A stretch of DNA of 64,000 nucleotides from an uncultured candidate division Zixibacteria bacterium (GTDB lineage Bacteria; Zixibacteria; MSB-5A5; UBA10806), in the NCBI GenBank assembly GCA_963817915.1, contig CAWFQL010000003.1:57414-121413 (forward strand), in the 5' to 3' direction. Of this stretch, positions 47,501 through 56,590 are shown piece after piece (position 1 is the first letter of the stretch; every line of letters starts with the position of its first letter). The position numbers and the translations under genes were made by a program. The notes under the pieces are model-generated. The model saw nothing but the letters and a program-made list of their open reading frames with translations, did no database searches and was not told the DNA's origin.

Positions 47501-48872
47501 ATGGGCCGGCCCAGCCGTCAGTTCCTCCAGCCCCGCGATATTGAATAAAACCGATTCCAGCGTTGAAAAGAGAAGGCAGCCTCCAGCCGGAATCGAATAC
47601 GGTGTCAACTCGGACAAAACCATGCCTGAGCTGAAGCTGACGGACCCAGAGAGTAGTCAATCTTGACGATTCATAATACACATAAGCCACCGAGAGCCCT
47701 CTGATCCAATGCTCCGGATCGCGCATGAGCGGATACTTTTCATACTTGAGAATCTTTGAAAGTGCCACTCTGGCCTGGGACATAGAGTCTACCGACATGC
47801 GAGCGATAAAGATATCCGGGATATAATCCGAACCATCTACGCACGCGTATTTATTATCGGACGCGTAAATGTTGCTTCCGACAATATAGGGATAATCCGG
47901 CACGACAAACATATGATCGCGATCACCGACTATCATAACATACTCCGGAGGAATCTCCCAGGAAGCGTAAGCTGTGTCAAGAAAGGCCTTTATCTGTTCC
48001 TTACTTGGAGACCCGGTTGGTCTAATTTCGGTTGTAGGAACAATTCTGACCGGATACCCCTTTTGATGCTTCCATTGAGCCACTGCTTTTACAGTATCAA
48101 CCAGTGTCGGTCTGCATATTATAACGTATCCCCCGCGCTTAACTTCAACATTATCCATTGCCTGGTCGAAATTGGCGAACATAGCCTTATAAATTGGATA
48201 AAATCCCTCGGATAGATATCTATGATGGACTGTCTTGGGATTGATTACTTCGCCATCATAGCTGATATCAACAGAAATGTCCCGGTATACGCGCAATACC
48301 TTTTGAACAGGATTATACTGCGCCGGATAGAGTGCAATCCGCACAAAACGAACATCGCGCATAATCTGCGGATCGGAAGCCTCCGCAAGATTGCCGGGAT
48401 AAAACGCATCTCTTGCGTAAGTCTGCAGGTCAATTGTGAATGGTACGGCTGACGCACCGGGAGTTTCCGAAGGGGATGGCTGAACCGGGGCAAGTTCGAT
48501 ATTCGGCAAATCATCATAACCGGAATATGTGACTGTCAATCTTACTCCTGCCTGGTCGGGGATGATTATGTTGGCTGTCAACGCTGGAAGATCGGGCTTA
48601 CCATCTTCAGCCAATTCGCTTGGCGTAATAAATTCGCCAACCGGCAGGTCAAGTTTCTTATAATTGCTGCCGCCAAGAGAAATATCGTTTAGTGCCACAG
48701 CCGGCAAATTCAAATTCAACGAGGTTTTGGAACCCAAGTTCCTCACCTCTAATTTCGACGATTCCGCCGAAATATCTGATAGAACGCGGATGTTTTGAGA
48801 GGATAATGACTGCGAAATCATTAAAAACAGCAGAAACACAGTCAAGATGCACGCTTTAGCCTTGATACTCAT
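44556..48872 (-). CDS. Gingipain-like cysteine peptidase (peptidase C25) with multiple beta-sandwich domains and a T9SS C-terminal sorting domain
   Basis: ORF extends to 48998. The probable start is ATG at 48872 (ggaggtcaaATG), giving signal peptide MSIKAKACILTVFLLFLMISQSL. C25 catalytic-domain blocks: YVMIVGDRDHMFVVPDY, YASDNKYACVDGSDYIPDIFIARMSVDS, GAGGTDGWAGPSM, LSPLTCGTGDFGGECFGETWIRMG. The C-terminus NYPNPFNPSTTISYGL...GLYFYKIETANFTKTNKMLLLK is a Por C-terminal domain. Confidence 0.75.
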   Translation of the reverse strand: MSIKAKACILTVFLLFLMISQSLSSQNIRVLSDISAESSKLEVRNLGSKTSLNLNLPAVALNDISLGGSNYKKLDLPVGEFITPSELAEDGKPDLPALTANIIIPDQAGVRLTVTYSGYDDLPNIELAPVQPSPSETPGASAVPFTIDLQTYARDAFYPGNLAEASDPQIMRDVRFVRIALYPAQYNPVQKVLRVYRDISVDISYDGEVINPKTVHHRYLSEGFYPIYKAMFANFDQAMDNVEVKRGGYVIICRPTLVDTVKAVAQWKHQKGYPVRIVPTTEIRPTGSPSKEQIKAFLDTAYASWEIPPEYVMIVGDRDHMFVVPDYPYIVGSNIYASDNKYACVDGSDYIPDIFIARMSVDSMSQARVALSKILKYEKYPLMRDPEHWIRGLSVAYVYYESSRLTTLWVRQLQLRHGFVRVDTVFDSGWRLPSLFNAGIGFIQYRGAGGTDGWAGPSMTSYDLLNLQDNQKLGVLSPLTCGTGDFGGECFGETWIRMGRSPDSLKGGPAFYGVSDHDTHTRWNNPIMVGYFFGIFEENVYHFAAAAVRGKLQDYWTFPRQTAPGGMIQQYFNTYNMLGDPELELRTKIPISINVTHLDTVALGTNSFNASVIDSAGNAISGAYVTLIKTIGTTEEVFSVDKTDESGNVTLIFDANTPGSMKLTVSGQNLIPYQTNVEIATSDLAVGLDSIYIDDDTDGFSHGDGDHLAAPGETIELNVSIKNFGTDISATNVSAQLESTDGNSVVYDGIRNYGNLAPGESRASEAPFVVYVNPAASDGQTVRQKLTIRDQNNDSWQTMIEFPVKAPKFAVTRAIIPEGDSLIGPGQTANLKIFLSNSGSLNAQGVTGIVTTDDDYANAVGSIANFGDISIGGSGDNSSSLVSITCDSTAFKGKKLNLTLHISTLSGSKSSIPFTLTVGRISSRDPVGPDSYGYYMYDRMDSAYAMMPTYQWVEISPDSGGQGTRLNYGSELDDKSVLVTLPFNMKYYGQDYGAMIVCINGFAALDTTPMDMQGNYWANFFNWPIPDPGNARGQISPFWDDLRIDGTHLGVYKWYDSVNHKFYIEWLKLTNTNTFQYETFQMVIMDPAYYPSLTGDSDILFIYRDVNNTDSGEGYASVGFESYDEQRGLEFTHDNYYAPGGATLIDGAVTLITTSTGRGSVRGSVDLDGSGQNGDAQIHASTGQRRISASDGRFFIKEVPPGTISLTAEALGYYPAYQESIQVVANQLIETETLHLTRCPIPSSLSASNNISNLIEVRWDTLTNPNLAGFNIYRSRWPNGDFSKLNDSPIQATSYSDIDLADTNLYWYYVSALFSEGNLTAESFGSTAGSGKALTITGLNDDITAPKKFFLSQNYPNPFNPSTTISYGLAVDSEVRIVVFNIMGQKVKNLVDQRQAAGYKQVVWDGKDESGRKVATGLYFYKIETANFTKTNKMLLLK

Positions 48873-49245
48873 TTGACCTCCACTAAGCCTTAAAAAAATA
48901 AACATAAACATATCCCATAATTTTAGGCGAGAATATCCCCCCAGCGATTTCTCGTTTACCAATGGATTAAACAACTTAATCCGCTTGGCTCGTTCCACTA
49001 ATATAATCGATAATTTTTTACTTAGTAAATTATGTCATTGAAATTTTGATTTAAATTGGGAAATTCTCAAAATTTGCAACCCCATTTTTGAGACTATTAT
49101 TGAGTGGGCCGCCCACGTTAACCTGATGAATATTTTGCGGTTATGGAAATTATTGGCGGTTCATTTAATGCGGTGATAATTATACGAAATAGAAATGGGG
49201 CGAATAATGTTCGCCCCGAATTACTCCGACTATTGAAAAATCAGA

Positions 49246-50490
49246 CTATCTTATATATCGAAATATCGCGACTTCGCTTGTGGCTGCCACAAATAAATAT
49301 GGCCAATGAGATCGCACATCTCTGACATTTGTGCCAACAGTCTGAGTTTGAATTAATCTCAGGCTATCCGGCAAAGTGTAGACAAATGAGTAAATTTTTC
49401 CCGATTCCGAGCCGGCAAACAATGTCGAATCGCCAACATCAACAGTGTTGAATATTTCTCCGTTTACGAAGCGATCCAGAAAACGAGGTGTTGTTGGATG
49501 CGATATAGAAAGTGCCAATACCCCCCCGGTGCCGTCCGCGATAAACGCGAAACTATCGACCACGGCAACGCCCTTCGCGAGACTCAATCCGGAATAAGTG
49601 CATAGTATCTGGGCTGATGTAGGGCTGGTACAATCGACAATATAAAAATTGCTGTTACCCACAATAAATGCCGTATCGTGGCGGGCGACGACTTTATTCA
49701 GGAGATCTGACGTGAATGCAAGATAGGCAATTGATCTCAAAGTATCGGGATCGCTTCTATTTACTATCGAAAAACCATCGTTTTCCGCTATGAATAAATA
49801 ATGGCCGGATACGGCAACATCGTTGGCGAATGTCTGAGTGACATATCGCCCTTTACTTATCAGCGTATCGCCATTGCTCGCATCAAGTCTTAATACTCCC
49901 TGACCCTTATCCGCGATAAACAATTCGAATCCATTTACATCCGCTCTCAGAGCGCTGCCCGGCGTATCGTAACGGCCCAAAAATGACGGCGAACCAAGAT
50001 AGCGTATATCATAGGTCATGACCCCGGCATCACCATCAGTCAAAAACAGAAGTCCTCCATATTCGGCCACGCCGCGCGCGTCCGCGGGACTAATAGTCAC
50101 AGAGGAAAGCTTGGTGAATAAATGTGAGTATGATAGACTGACATTGATTATCTGTGAATTATAAGTCGAATCAGCCGTATGACCGACAGCCAAAAGAATA
50201 TGATTCGTACCAGATGAATGTTGATAGATATTCCAGAAATAATAGTATGGGGCAATTGAATCGCTCGCGACAGAATCGCCGTCGATAAAGAAATCGACTC
50301 GTCTCATCGTATAGCCCGAACCCACCGCGGCAGTTATATACACGGGGTCCGCTAAAACAGAATTATTCGCCGGCGAAGTTATCGAAATTGCCAATTGTTC
50401 TCCCGGGGCAGTTGTCTTGTTCTTGCAGGAGAGCAAAATCGGGATAACGGCCAAGGATAATATGGAAATTATGAGAATGTTCTTTTTCAT
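49246..50490 (-). CDS. Lipoprotein with an N-terminal Ig-like region and LVIVD-type beta-propeller repeats
   Basis: 414 aa. Lipobox ILLSC. Repeated YLFIAENDGFSIVNRSDP, LLFLTDGDAGVMTYDI and ELFIADKGQGVLRLD-type blocks resembling LVIVD repeats. AT-rich. Confidence 0.4.
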   Translation of the reverse strand: MKKNILIISILSLAVIPILLSCKNKTTAPGEQLAISITSPANNSVLADPVYITAAVGSGYTMRRVDFFIDGDSVASDSIAPYYYFWNIYQHSSGTNHILLAVGHTADSTYNSQIINVSLSYSHLFTKLSSVTISPADARGVAEYGGLLFLTDGDAGVMTYDIRYLGSPSFLGRYDTPGSALRADVNGFELFIADKGQGVLRLDASNGDTLISKGRYVTQTFANDVAVSGHYLFIAENDGFSIVNRSDPDTLRSIAYLAFTSDLLNKVVARHDTAFIVGNSNFYIVDCTSPTSAQILCTYSGLSLAKGVAVVDSFAFIADGTGGVLALSISHPTTPRFLDRFVNGEIFNTVDVGDSTLFAGSESGKIYSFVYTLPDSLRLIQTQTVGTNVRDVRSHWPYLFVAATSEVAIFRYIR

Positions 50491-50529
50491 CTATCTACCC
50501 CTATTATTATCGGAATAATTTTATGATAT

Positions 50530-51960
50530 TCAATCTCTCTTTTTGCCGTTATCAGCGAAAACCACTGCGTTTTCAGGGGCAGATTCTCTTGCCCTATGAT
50601 AAACAATGGCCAGGAATATTATAGGTACCAGCTCACCATCTATAACGCCATCCATTATTATGGTTCCAACTTCAAAGATTGATCTAAATATTAGCGCTAT
50701 CAAGGTGGCCGCGATTCCCAAAATTACCAAATCTCGTGGATTCCTTTTAAGCAATGGGGACAATTTTAGAGATCTTCGTCCGAATGCCAGCAAGAATCCG
50801 AGGGCGCAGGCGGCTGCGATGAAGCCCTTTTCGGCAAAATTGGTAAGTATATAATTATGAGCGCCCCCTCCGCCAATTTGCAATGAGACTCCCCGGGCAA
50901 ACGAGGGAGGGATGAAATAAAATGTTAAATCGTTGAATCGCCTTGCCCCCACGCCAAAAATCGGAGCCTCCTTTATCATTTCTATAGCTGCAACCCATAG
51001 GGAGGTCCGATTGGAAGTACCTTGTTGAATCCGGAATAGCCACTGAAACGTCGGTACGGTCATAATTATTATTGCAAATATCATTATAATGGCCATTAGC
51101 AGGAAAATCATTTTTTTTCTCGCTGGATGAAACCACAATACAACGGCGAGACCTACAGCAAGTCCGATTATACTGGAGCGGGATAATGATGAGAAAAAAG
51201 CGGGCAATAAAACAATTAATATTATTCCGGAAAGAGTTTTAATCCATTTTTCCCGAGACAAAAATATAAAAGCAAAATAGATTGGAAGCGACAACAAAAT
51301 ATTATAGCCAACACTATTGGCATTTCCGAATATTGTATAAACTCTATTCGTAAAAACAGTGCCGCTCGAAACATATTTGCCAAATCCATACCTTAAGAGA
51401 AAATCATATGCTGAAATTGCATTGGCCAATGAAAATAAGGACAATATTATTATAAAAGGCCAAAACATTTTCTTATTGCCGAATTGGTCAAAAACAATAA
51501 TTGAAACTGCGAACAGGAATAAATATCGCACAAATTGCTTTAATGCCGCTGAACTTGGCCCCACGTACGCAATTGATAAAAACGACCAAATTATAAAGAC
51601 GACAAATAGCACTAATATTTCTTTAGGGTAAGATATCTTATATAAATCCTTATTTAGCCAGCCGAAGAACCAGATGATAATAACAATGGAGGAAAGTCCG
51701 TAAATAATAAATGAAGACAATGGAGCCCTGACGACAAAACTCGTAATAGCAACTAAAATATAAGCCTGAAAACCGAAAGTGAAATTCCATAATAGACAGA
51801 AAATAACAATTGATCCCAGCAAACCTGCAAAAGCATAAATCGGATTTGAAATGGCAAAAATTGCAGCTAAAGCGTTTATTATGAAAAATGTGGCAAAGAG
51901 CTGATTTTTCCTCTCCTGAAATACTTCCGGGAATATTGTTTGCCTTAGATCAATATTCAT
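50530..51960 (-). CDS. O-antigen ligase / Wzy-like polytopic membrane protein
   Basis: 476 aa with ~11 TM helices. Central periplasmic loop RSSIIGLAVGLAVVLWF..., typical of the O-antigen ligase (Wzy_C) family. AT-rich, which is typical of surface-polysaccharide loci. Confidence 0.45.
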   Translation of the reverse strand: MNIDLRQTIFPEVFQERKNQLFATFFIINALAAIFAISNPIYAFAGLLGSIVIFCLLWNFTFGFQAYILVAITSFVVRAPLSSFIIYGLSSIVIIIWFFGWLNKDLYKISYPKEILVLFVVFIIWSFLSIAYVGPSSAALKQFVRYLFLFAVSIIVFDQFGNKKMFWPFIIILSLFSLANAISAYDFLLRYGFGKYVSSGTVFTNRVYTIFGNANSVGYNILLSLPIYFAFIFLSREKWIKTLSGIILIVLLPAFFSSLSRSSIIGLAVGLAVVLWFHPARKKMIFLLMAIIMIFAIIIMTVPTFQWLFRIQQGTSNRTSLWVAAIEMIKEAPIFGVGARRFNDLTFYFIPPSFARGVSLQIGGGGAHNYILTNFAEKGFIAAACALGFLLAFGRRSLKLSPLLKRNPRDLVILGIAATLIALIFRSIFEVGTIIMDGVIDGELVPIIFLAIVYHRARESAPENAVVFADNGKKRD

Positions 51961-51999
51961 TAACGTAATTTCCGAATTCTCATATTATATCTCATCCGT

Positions 52000-52569
52000 C
52001 TATTTGCTCTGATGCTGCCAGCAGCGGTCGGAGGCCGGCTCGGCCCATCTCCTGCAACGGGTACCGCCTTGGGTTATCGCCACGCACCTTCGACGTGCTA
52101 CCTTGCTTTTCAATGTATCCGTCGCTATTTGCGAGGGAGAACCGCTGCTCAAACGATAAAGCTGAAATACAATGAGCGAATCGGATTTATCAAGCAACTG
52201 TTTTTGAGATATAAAGAATGTACGGCCATTGGAACGAGCCTTAAAGAAAAGCTCCCCATCAAATACATACACCGAGTCGCCCTTATTCAAATACATCGTA
52301 TCAGCATTGCCCGACACTGAATCAGCATTGGCTGCTAAAGCTATTACGGGAATAGCGCCTAAAGTATCAATCCGGCTAACCGTATCTGATGGCGGACCCT
52401 GCGCGAACGATAAACCGACAATGATCACTATGAAAAAGAAAATATCTCTTACTAATCTCATTCTGCTATTAAAATATAAATTGGAAGCCGAAATACCAAT
52501 AGTTTTCTTGAGTCTAATGAATAATTGGAATCGGCCAATATTTTGATTGACCGCGGGCAAGGATGTCAT
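52000..52569 (-). CDS. Hypothetical signal-anchored protein with a basic Cys-containing C-terminus
   Basis: 189 aa ORF. TM FFFIVIIVGLSFAQG. C-terminus RRRCVAITQGGTRCRRWAEPASDRCWQHQSK. No family recognised. Confidence 0.3.
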   Translation of the reverse strand: MTSLPAVNQNIGRFQLFIRLKKTIGISASNLYFNSRMRLVRDIFFFIVIIVGLSFAQGPPSDTVSRIDTLGAIPVIALAANADSVSGNADTMYLNKGDSVYVFDGELFFKARSNGRTFFISQKQLLDKSDSLIVFQLYRLSSGSPSQIATDTLKSKVARRRCVAITQGGTRCRRWAEPASDRCWQHQSK

Positions 52570-52626
52570 TTATTTGAATTTTAACAATATCAACGCCGAT
52601 TTCATCAAGGCAGCGAAAGGATAACC

Positions 52627-53142
52627 ATGATCAATTATAAAATAATCGCAACTCCGATAGGTGATATGATTGCGGCCGAACATAATGGAAAACTCTGTCG
52701 GCTCGATTTCTCCGATAATGAAAATATTTTATCGCATTTAAAAGCGATCGAATTAACTTTCGGGGATTCAGTTGCCATGTCGGATTCCACTATCCTGAAT
52801 GAGACATCAAATCAATTAAAACTGTATTTTGAGAAAAAGCTTGAATCATTTGATCTGCCCTTATTTTGGACAGGCACCGATTTTCAAAAATCGGTATGGC
52901 CACAATTGACCAAAATTCCTTACGGAACGACTGTCAATTATGGATTAATCGCCGAAAGAATCGGCAAGCCTAAATCATCGCGCGCCGTAGGCATGGCCAA
53001 TCACAATAATCCGATTCCGATTGTTGTGCCCTGCCACAGGGTAATTGGCAAAAATGGCGCTCTGGTCGGCTATGGCGGCGGCCTGTGGCGAAAAAAATGG
53101 CTCCTCGAACACGAGGGAGCCATTTCAAGTCATTTGCTCTGA
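52627..53142 (+). CDS. ogt: Methylated-DNA-protein-cysteine methyltransferase
   Basis: 171 aa. Active-site IPIVVPCHRVIGKNGALVGYGGGL. Confidence 0.85.
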   Translation: MINYKIIATPIGDMIAAEHNGKLCRLDFSDNENILSHLKAIELTFGDSVAMSDSTILNETSNQLKLYFEKKLESFDLPLFWTGTDFQKSVWPQLTKIPYGTTVNYGLIAERIGKPKSSRAVGMANHNNPIPIVVPCHRVIGKNGALVGYGGGLWRKKWLLEHEGAISSHLL

Positions 53143-53155
53143 TATTTTTTAATCG

Positions 53156-54052
53156 CTAAACTACACCATAAACCTGGGGCGGTGTAAGCATATCCGGAAA
53201 TTTCGCTATTAGAGATTTTCGCACCTCGTAGCACAAATGACAGGCATCGACAAATCCCGATGAAGTATCAAAATTAAATTCCTTTGCCAACTTGTAAGGT
53301 CCGCCCTTGATTAATAGGCCTACAATAGGATCTGATTCGGGCTTATATTTTTCAAATATTTCCTTTAATGGAAATTTGTAAATATTTCCTATTACCAATC
53401 CCTGGCAAATATGGATATTTCCAAATGGGTCGAGATGCACCCTACCCGGTTTTATCAAATCCTCCTCGGGACATTCGATAAATTTCGATGCTGCCTGCCT
53501 GGGGTAATCTTTAGCCAATTTATCTACCGCCCTGCCCTTAAAAAGCGGCTTGCCGCCGATAAGAGCGCCGTCTTTATCTTTCCTCGTTTCGATATTTATA
53601 GGCGCGTCATCAATTGAAATATAACTGCAGGTGATATCCAAGCTCTTCGCCGCTTTAAACGCTATCTCTGCTAGATTGGTTTTTTTGCTGTCAAAATGGT
53701 ATAGATCGTTGGAAATAGAAATATCCTCGATGCCGAGTTCTTTCAATGGCCTCAGCCAAAGCTCCGCGTCTTTTACCGAAGTCGCCCAATAAGAATTGCT
53801 GACAATACCAACTCGAAGTCCCATTTCACGGGCTAATTTTATCGATTGAAGCATTAACGGGTAATACATGAACGGCTCCCCGCCCTCGAAATACACACTG
53901 TCAATTGACCTGATTTCCTTAATTTGCATTAGCGCGAATTCCATATTTTCAAGAGTGAAAACCCCATCGGAGAACGGCCCGCAATATAGAAAGCAATGAT
54001 CGCATTCGAAGGTGCATTGATATGTCAGGAGAAAATGGATGCTATTTAGCAT
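53156..54052 (-). CDS. Radical SAM domain protein of unknown specificity
   Basis: 298 aa. N-terminal CxxxCxxC (LLTYQCTFECDHCF). The following glycine-rich SAM motif is compatible with the family (VYFEGGEPF). Confidence 0.6.
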   Translation of the reverse strand: MLNSIHFLLTYQCTFECDHCFLYCGPFSDGVFTLENMEFALMQIKEIRSIDSVYFEGGEPFMYYPLMLQSIKLAREMGLRVGIVSNSYWATSVKDAELWLRPLKELGIEDISISNDLYHFDSKKTNLAEIAFKAAKSLDITCSYISIDDAPINIETRKDKDGALIGGKPLFKGRAVDKLAKDYPRQAASKFIECPEEDLIKPGRVHLDPFGNIHICQGLVIGNIYKFPLKEIFEKYKPESDPIVGLLIKGGPYKLAKEFNFDTSSGFVDACHLCYEVRKSLIAKFPDMLTPPQVYGVV

Positions 54053-54195
54053 TGTATCCTCGTTATTATTAAATCAATGATCATGATAAGCGCAATATTT
54101 ATTGTTAATTAACTGCCGGGAAATTCGCTTATCCGGGCAATTATAATTGAATATTCCATCATTTCTGTGGTAATATCAATTGGAGGATAAATTCT

Positions 54196-54606
54196 ATGTC
54201 TAACGGAGGCGCAATTGCCGCGTCGACCGCGGCCGGGATTGCCGCTGAACTGATGCGGCAAGAGGAGGAAGAAATGACCGCTTATGATAAAGATGATCTT
54301 GATGGATGGGAATTTAAGATAATCCGTTCCAATACCGGTAAATTCAAAAAAAGTGAAGCGATCAAAACACTGTGTCAGGAAGAATCAAAGGCCGGGTGGG
54401 AGATGGTCGAAAAATTCGACGATAACCGTATCCGTTTCAAACGGCGAATCGAGAATCGCAACCGCGACGCGCAATCGCAGATTGATCCTTATCGCACTCG
54501 CGTCGGAATTGGCGATGCCAAGCTGGCATTTGTAATCATCGCGTCTATTGCCGCGGCTGTTGGAATTGTGGCGCTCTTAGCTGTTACCCTCGGCAATAAA
54601 AACTAA
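54196..54606 (+). CDS. Hypothetical protein with a C-terminal TM anchor
   Basis: 136 aa ORF preceded by ggagg. C-terminal LAFVIIASIAAAVGIVALLAVTL helix. No family recognised. Confidence 0.3.
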   Translation: MSNGGAIAASTAAGIAAELMRQEEEEMTAYDKDDLDGWEFKIIRSNTGKFKKSEAIKTLCQEESKAGWEMVEKFDDNRIRFKRRIENRNRDAQSQIDPYRTRVGIGDAKLAFVIIASIAAAVGIVALLAVTLGNKN

Positions 54607-54687
54607 GACGACAAATTCATCCCAATAAATAAAAAAAAGAGGCCGAAAAGTTCGGCCTCTCATTCTATCTATCTAATAAATCAATAT

Positions 54688-55812
54688 CTACTGTGCGGTG
54701 TTGACAACATTATCATGGCATTGACGGCATCCGGCTGTTCTCATTTCCTCTGAGTTGTCCGCTGGATTCCATCTCATACCAAATGCGTTGGTGGAGCCGT
54801 GCGCCTGATGGCACGAGAGGCAAAAGACCTCGTTATTATAAGCTACCTGGGATGCTGCATTGAAATCATGCGCTTCCCTGACCAGGAATGGCATACGTCC
54901 AACTGAAAATTCCGAGCCCTGACCATTATACCAATTTGTACTATCGGCTGTGTAAACCGGATCGCCGGGTAAGCCGCTAATCGGGCGATATGCGCCATAT
55001 TCGGTATTCGAGACTGGATGGCGGTTCCAATGGAAATCGAGATCGGGGTTTGTATATCGTCCACCATTTGTACCAGCATCCAATAATGTGTGATGGCAAT
55101 CGATACAGATATTGGTTACCTCACGCCAGGTTGGTTCGCCACCTGCATCGCCGGGCTCGCCGTACTTTACATTATCCTGCTGATATTTCTGAAGGCCTGT
55201 CGCGCCGGGATTCACAAATGCGACAATCGGAGGCTCGCCGCCGGGCCATGATGCCCATTGCAGATTGCGATAATAACCGGTGCCGTGAGGAGCATGACAA
55301 TCAACGCAATCAACAGTTGCGGTCCTGAATTCTCCTCCAAAATGACATCTCAGACAAAGGTCGCCTGGAGCAGTCCCAATATTATGGCCATTGTCGTTGA
55401 TAGCGCCGGGATCGCCGAATTGTCCCGCGGCCCGAAGGGTGCCGCCGTTGACATCGGAGCCCACAACGTCAGGGACATTAACTTTGTCTTGATGACAATT
55501 AAGACACAATGCCAACGCGCTCGTGGCTTTCAAAAGCTTGTTTGTCGGCGGTTCCATGACAAATGGATAAGTGAAGGGGTCCTGATAGCCATAATTATGC
55601 TGCATCGAGCCATGCATGACATGGCAATCGGAACAGACCAGGTCGGCGCCATTATGATAGCCGGGCGAAAATGGCGGCGTATCGAGAAGCATCCCGGGAT
55701 TATGTCCGCCGCTTCCGGGTCTATGAATATCAATACCGTCCATCGGTCCGCCCGCCAACGCTACGGCGCTGACCAGGAAGAAAACAACTGTGATGAGTTT
55801 ACCCATACCCAT
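54688..55812 (-). CDS. Multiheme c-type cytochrome, 7 CxxCH
   Basis: Start at internal ATG 55812 (aaggaaggtATGggtATG). Signal peptide MGMGKLITVVFFLVSAVALAGG. CSDCH, CLNCH, CLRCH, CVDCH, CIDCH, CLSCH, CRQCH. Confidence 0.8.
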   Translation of the reverse strand: MGMGKLITVVFFLVSAVALAGGPMDGIDIHRPGSGGHNPGMLLDTPPFSPGYHNGADLVCSDCHVMHGSMQHNYGYQDPFTYPFVMEPPTNKLLKATSALALCLNCHQDKVNVPDVVGSDVNGGTLRAAGQFGDPGAINDNGHNIGTAPGDLCLRCHFGGEFRTATVDCVDCHAPHGTGYYRNLQWASWPGGEPPIVAFVNPGATGLQKYQQDNVKYGEPGDAGGEPTWREVTNICIDCHHTLLDAGTNGGRYTNPDLDFHWNRHPVSNTEYGAYRPISGLPGDPVYTADSTNWYNGQGSEFSVGRMPFLVREAHDFNAASQVAYNNEVFCLSCHQAHGSTNAFGMRWNPADNSEEMRTAGCRQCHDNVVNTAQ

Positions 55813-55946
55813 ACCTTCCTTATCCGGAAATTTATTGGAAAAGAAATCCTTATTCTTCAACCAATTAATTATCATTATCTTTTCCCCATCAAATACATGC
55901 TATCAAAAAAGCCGCAATATCCTAAGCTTGCCCTTTTGCCCCGTTA

Positions 55947-55960
55947 GTGAATTTGTTCAC
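55947..55960. promoter_or_regulatory. Candidate operator: 14-bp inverted repeat GTGAAtttgTTCAC upstream of the cytochrome gene
   Basis: Perfect 5-bp arms with a 4-bp spacer, located ~135 bp upstream of the 55812 start on the coding side. Confidence 0.3.
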
Positions 55961-56219
55961 AAACTACGTCTTAAATAAACGGGGAAGACCCCTTTATTAT
56001 CGGTAATAATTTACCGCCAATTTAATCCATGTCAAGTATTATTCTTAATGCTAACCGTTATTTTTGTGATAAGTAAAAATGGGCAAGGGACGCGCTATTC
56101 GGCAGAAGCTCTTATTAGCTGCAGCTATTCACAACTGACCCTTATGGCTGGATTATTTGAAGACAGTCGATGACGCTTCCCGCCCAATTAAGCGGTTGTT
56201 TTGATAATCAGGAATATTT

Positions 56220-56581
56220 CTAATTAACAGACAGGCATTTGAAAACCTGTTCGCTGGTGCCATCCTCAAATGATATTTTCCCTTCCATAATCGTCTTGAT
56301 GCTATCCACCGAAATCATTTCAGGGTTGTAGCTAAAGATGGCCTTATGCTCAGTCGCGAAAGTCTCAATACCATAAATACCCGGAATGCTATCGTATAAT
56401 GATGAAAAGAAGGTTGCTGTGCCTTTGCATTTGAGCCCTTCAACCACAAATATGGTTTTGGCCCCGGCCTTCGCGTCAAATGTCTTATTAGTTGTAGGCT
56501 GAACAAATGCGGTTTGAGATGATACCCGCCGACTAAAGCGGAAATTACGAAAATCGGTATTATTATTTTTGGAATTTCCAT
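56220..56581 (-). CDS. Small protein downstream of the NapH-like gene. A signal-anchor N-terminus in one frame and a ferredoxin-fold (HMA-like) domain in an adjacent frame suggest a frameshifted small secreted protein.
   Basis: ATG at 56581 preceded by taaggag gives MEIPKIIIPIFVISALVGGYH..., then low-quality sequence. The -1/+1 frame, which is the tail of track ORF 56220-57125, reads ...TIFVVEGLKCKGTATFFSSLYDSIPGIYGIETFATEHKAIFSYNPEMISVDSIKTIMEG..., resembling the beta-alpha-beta-beta-alpha-beta HMA fold. The frame switch would lie near gtcggcggg (~56525). Confidence 0.3.
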
Positions 56582-56590
56582 ATCTACTCC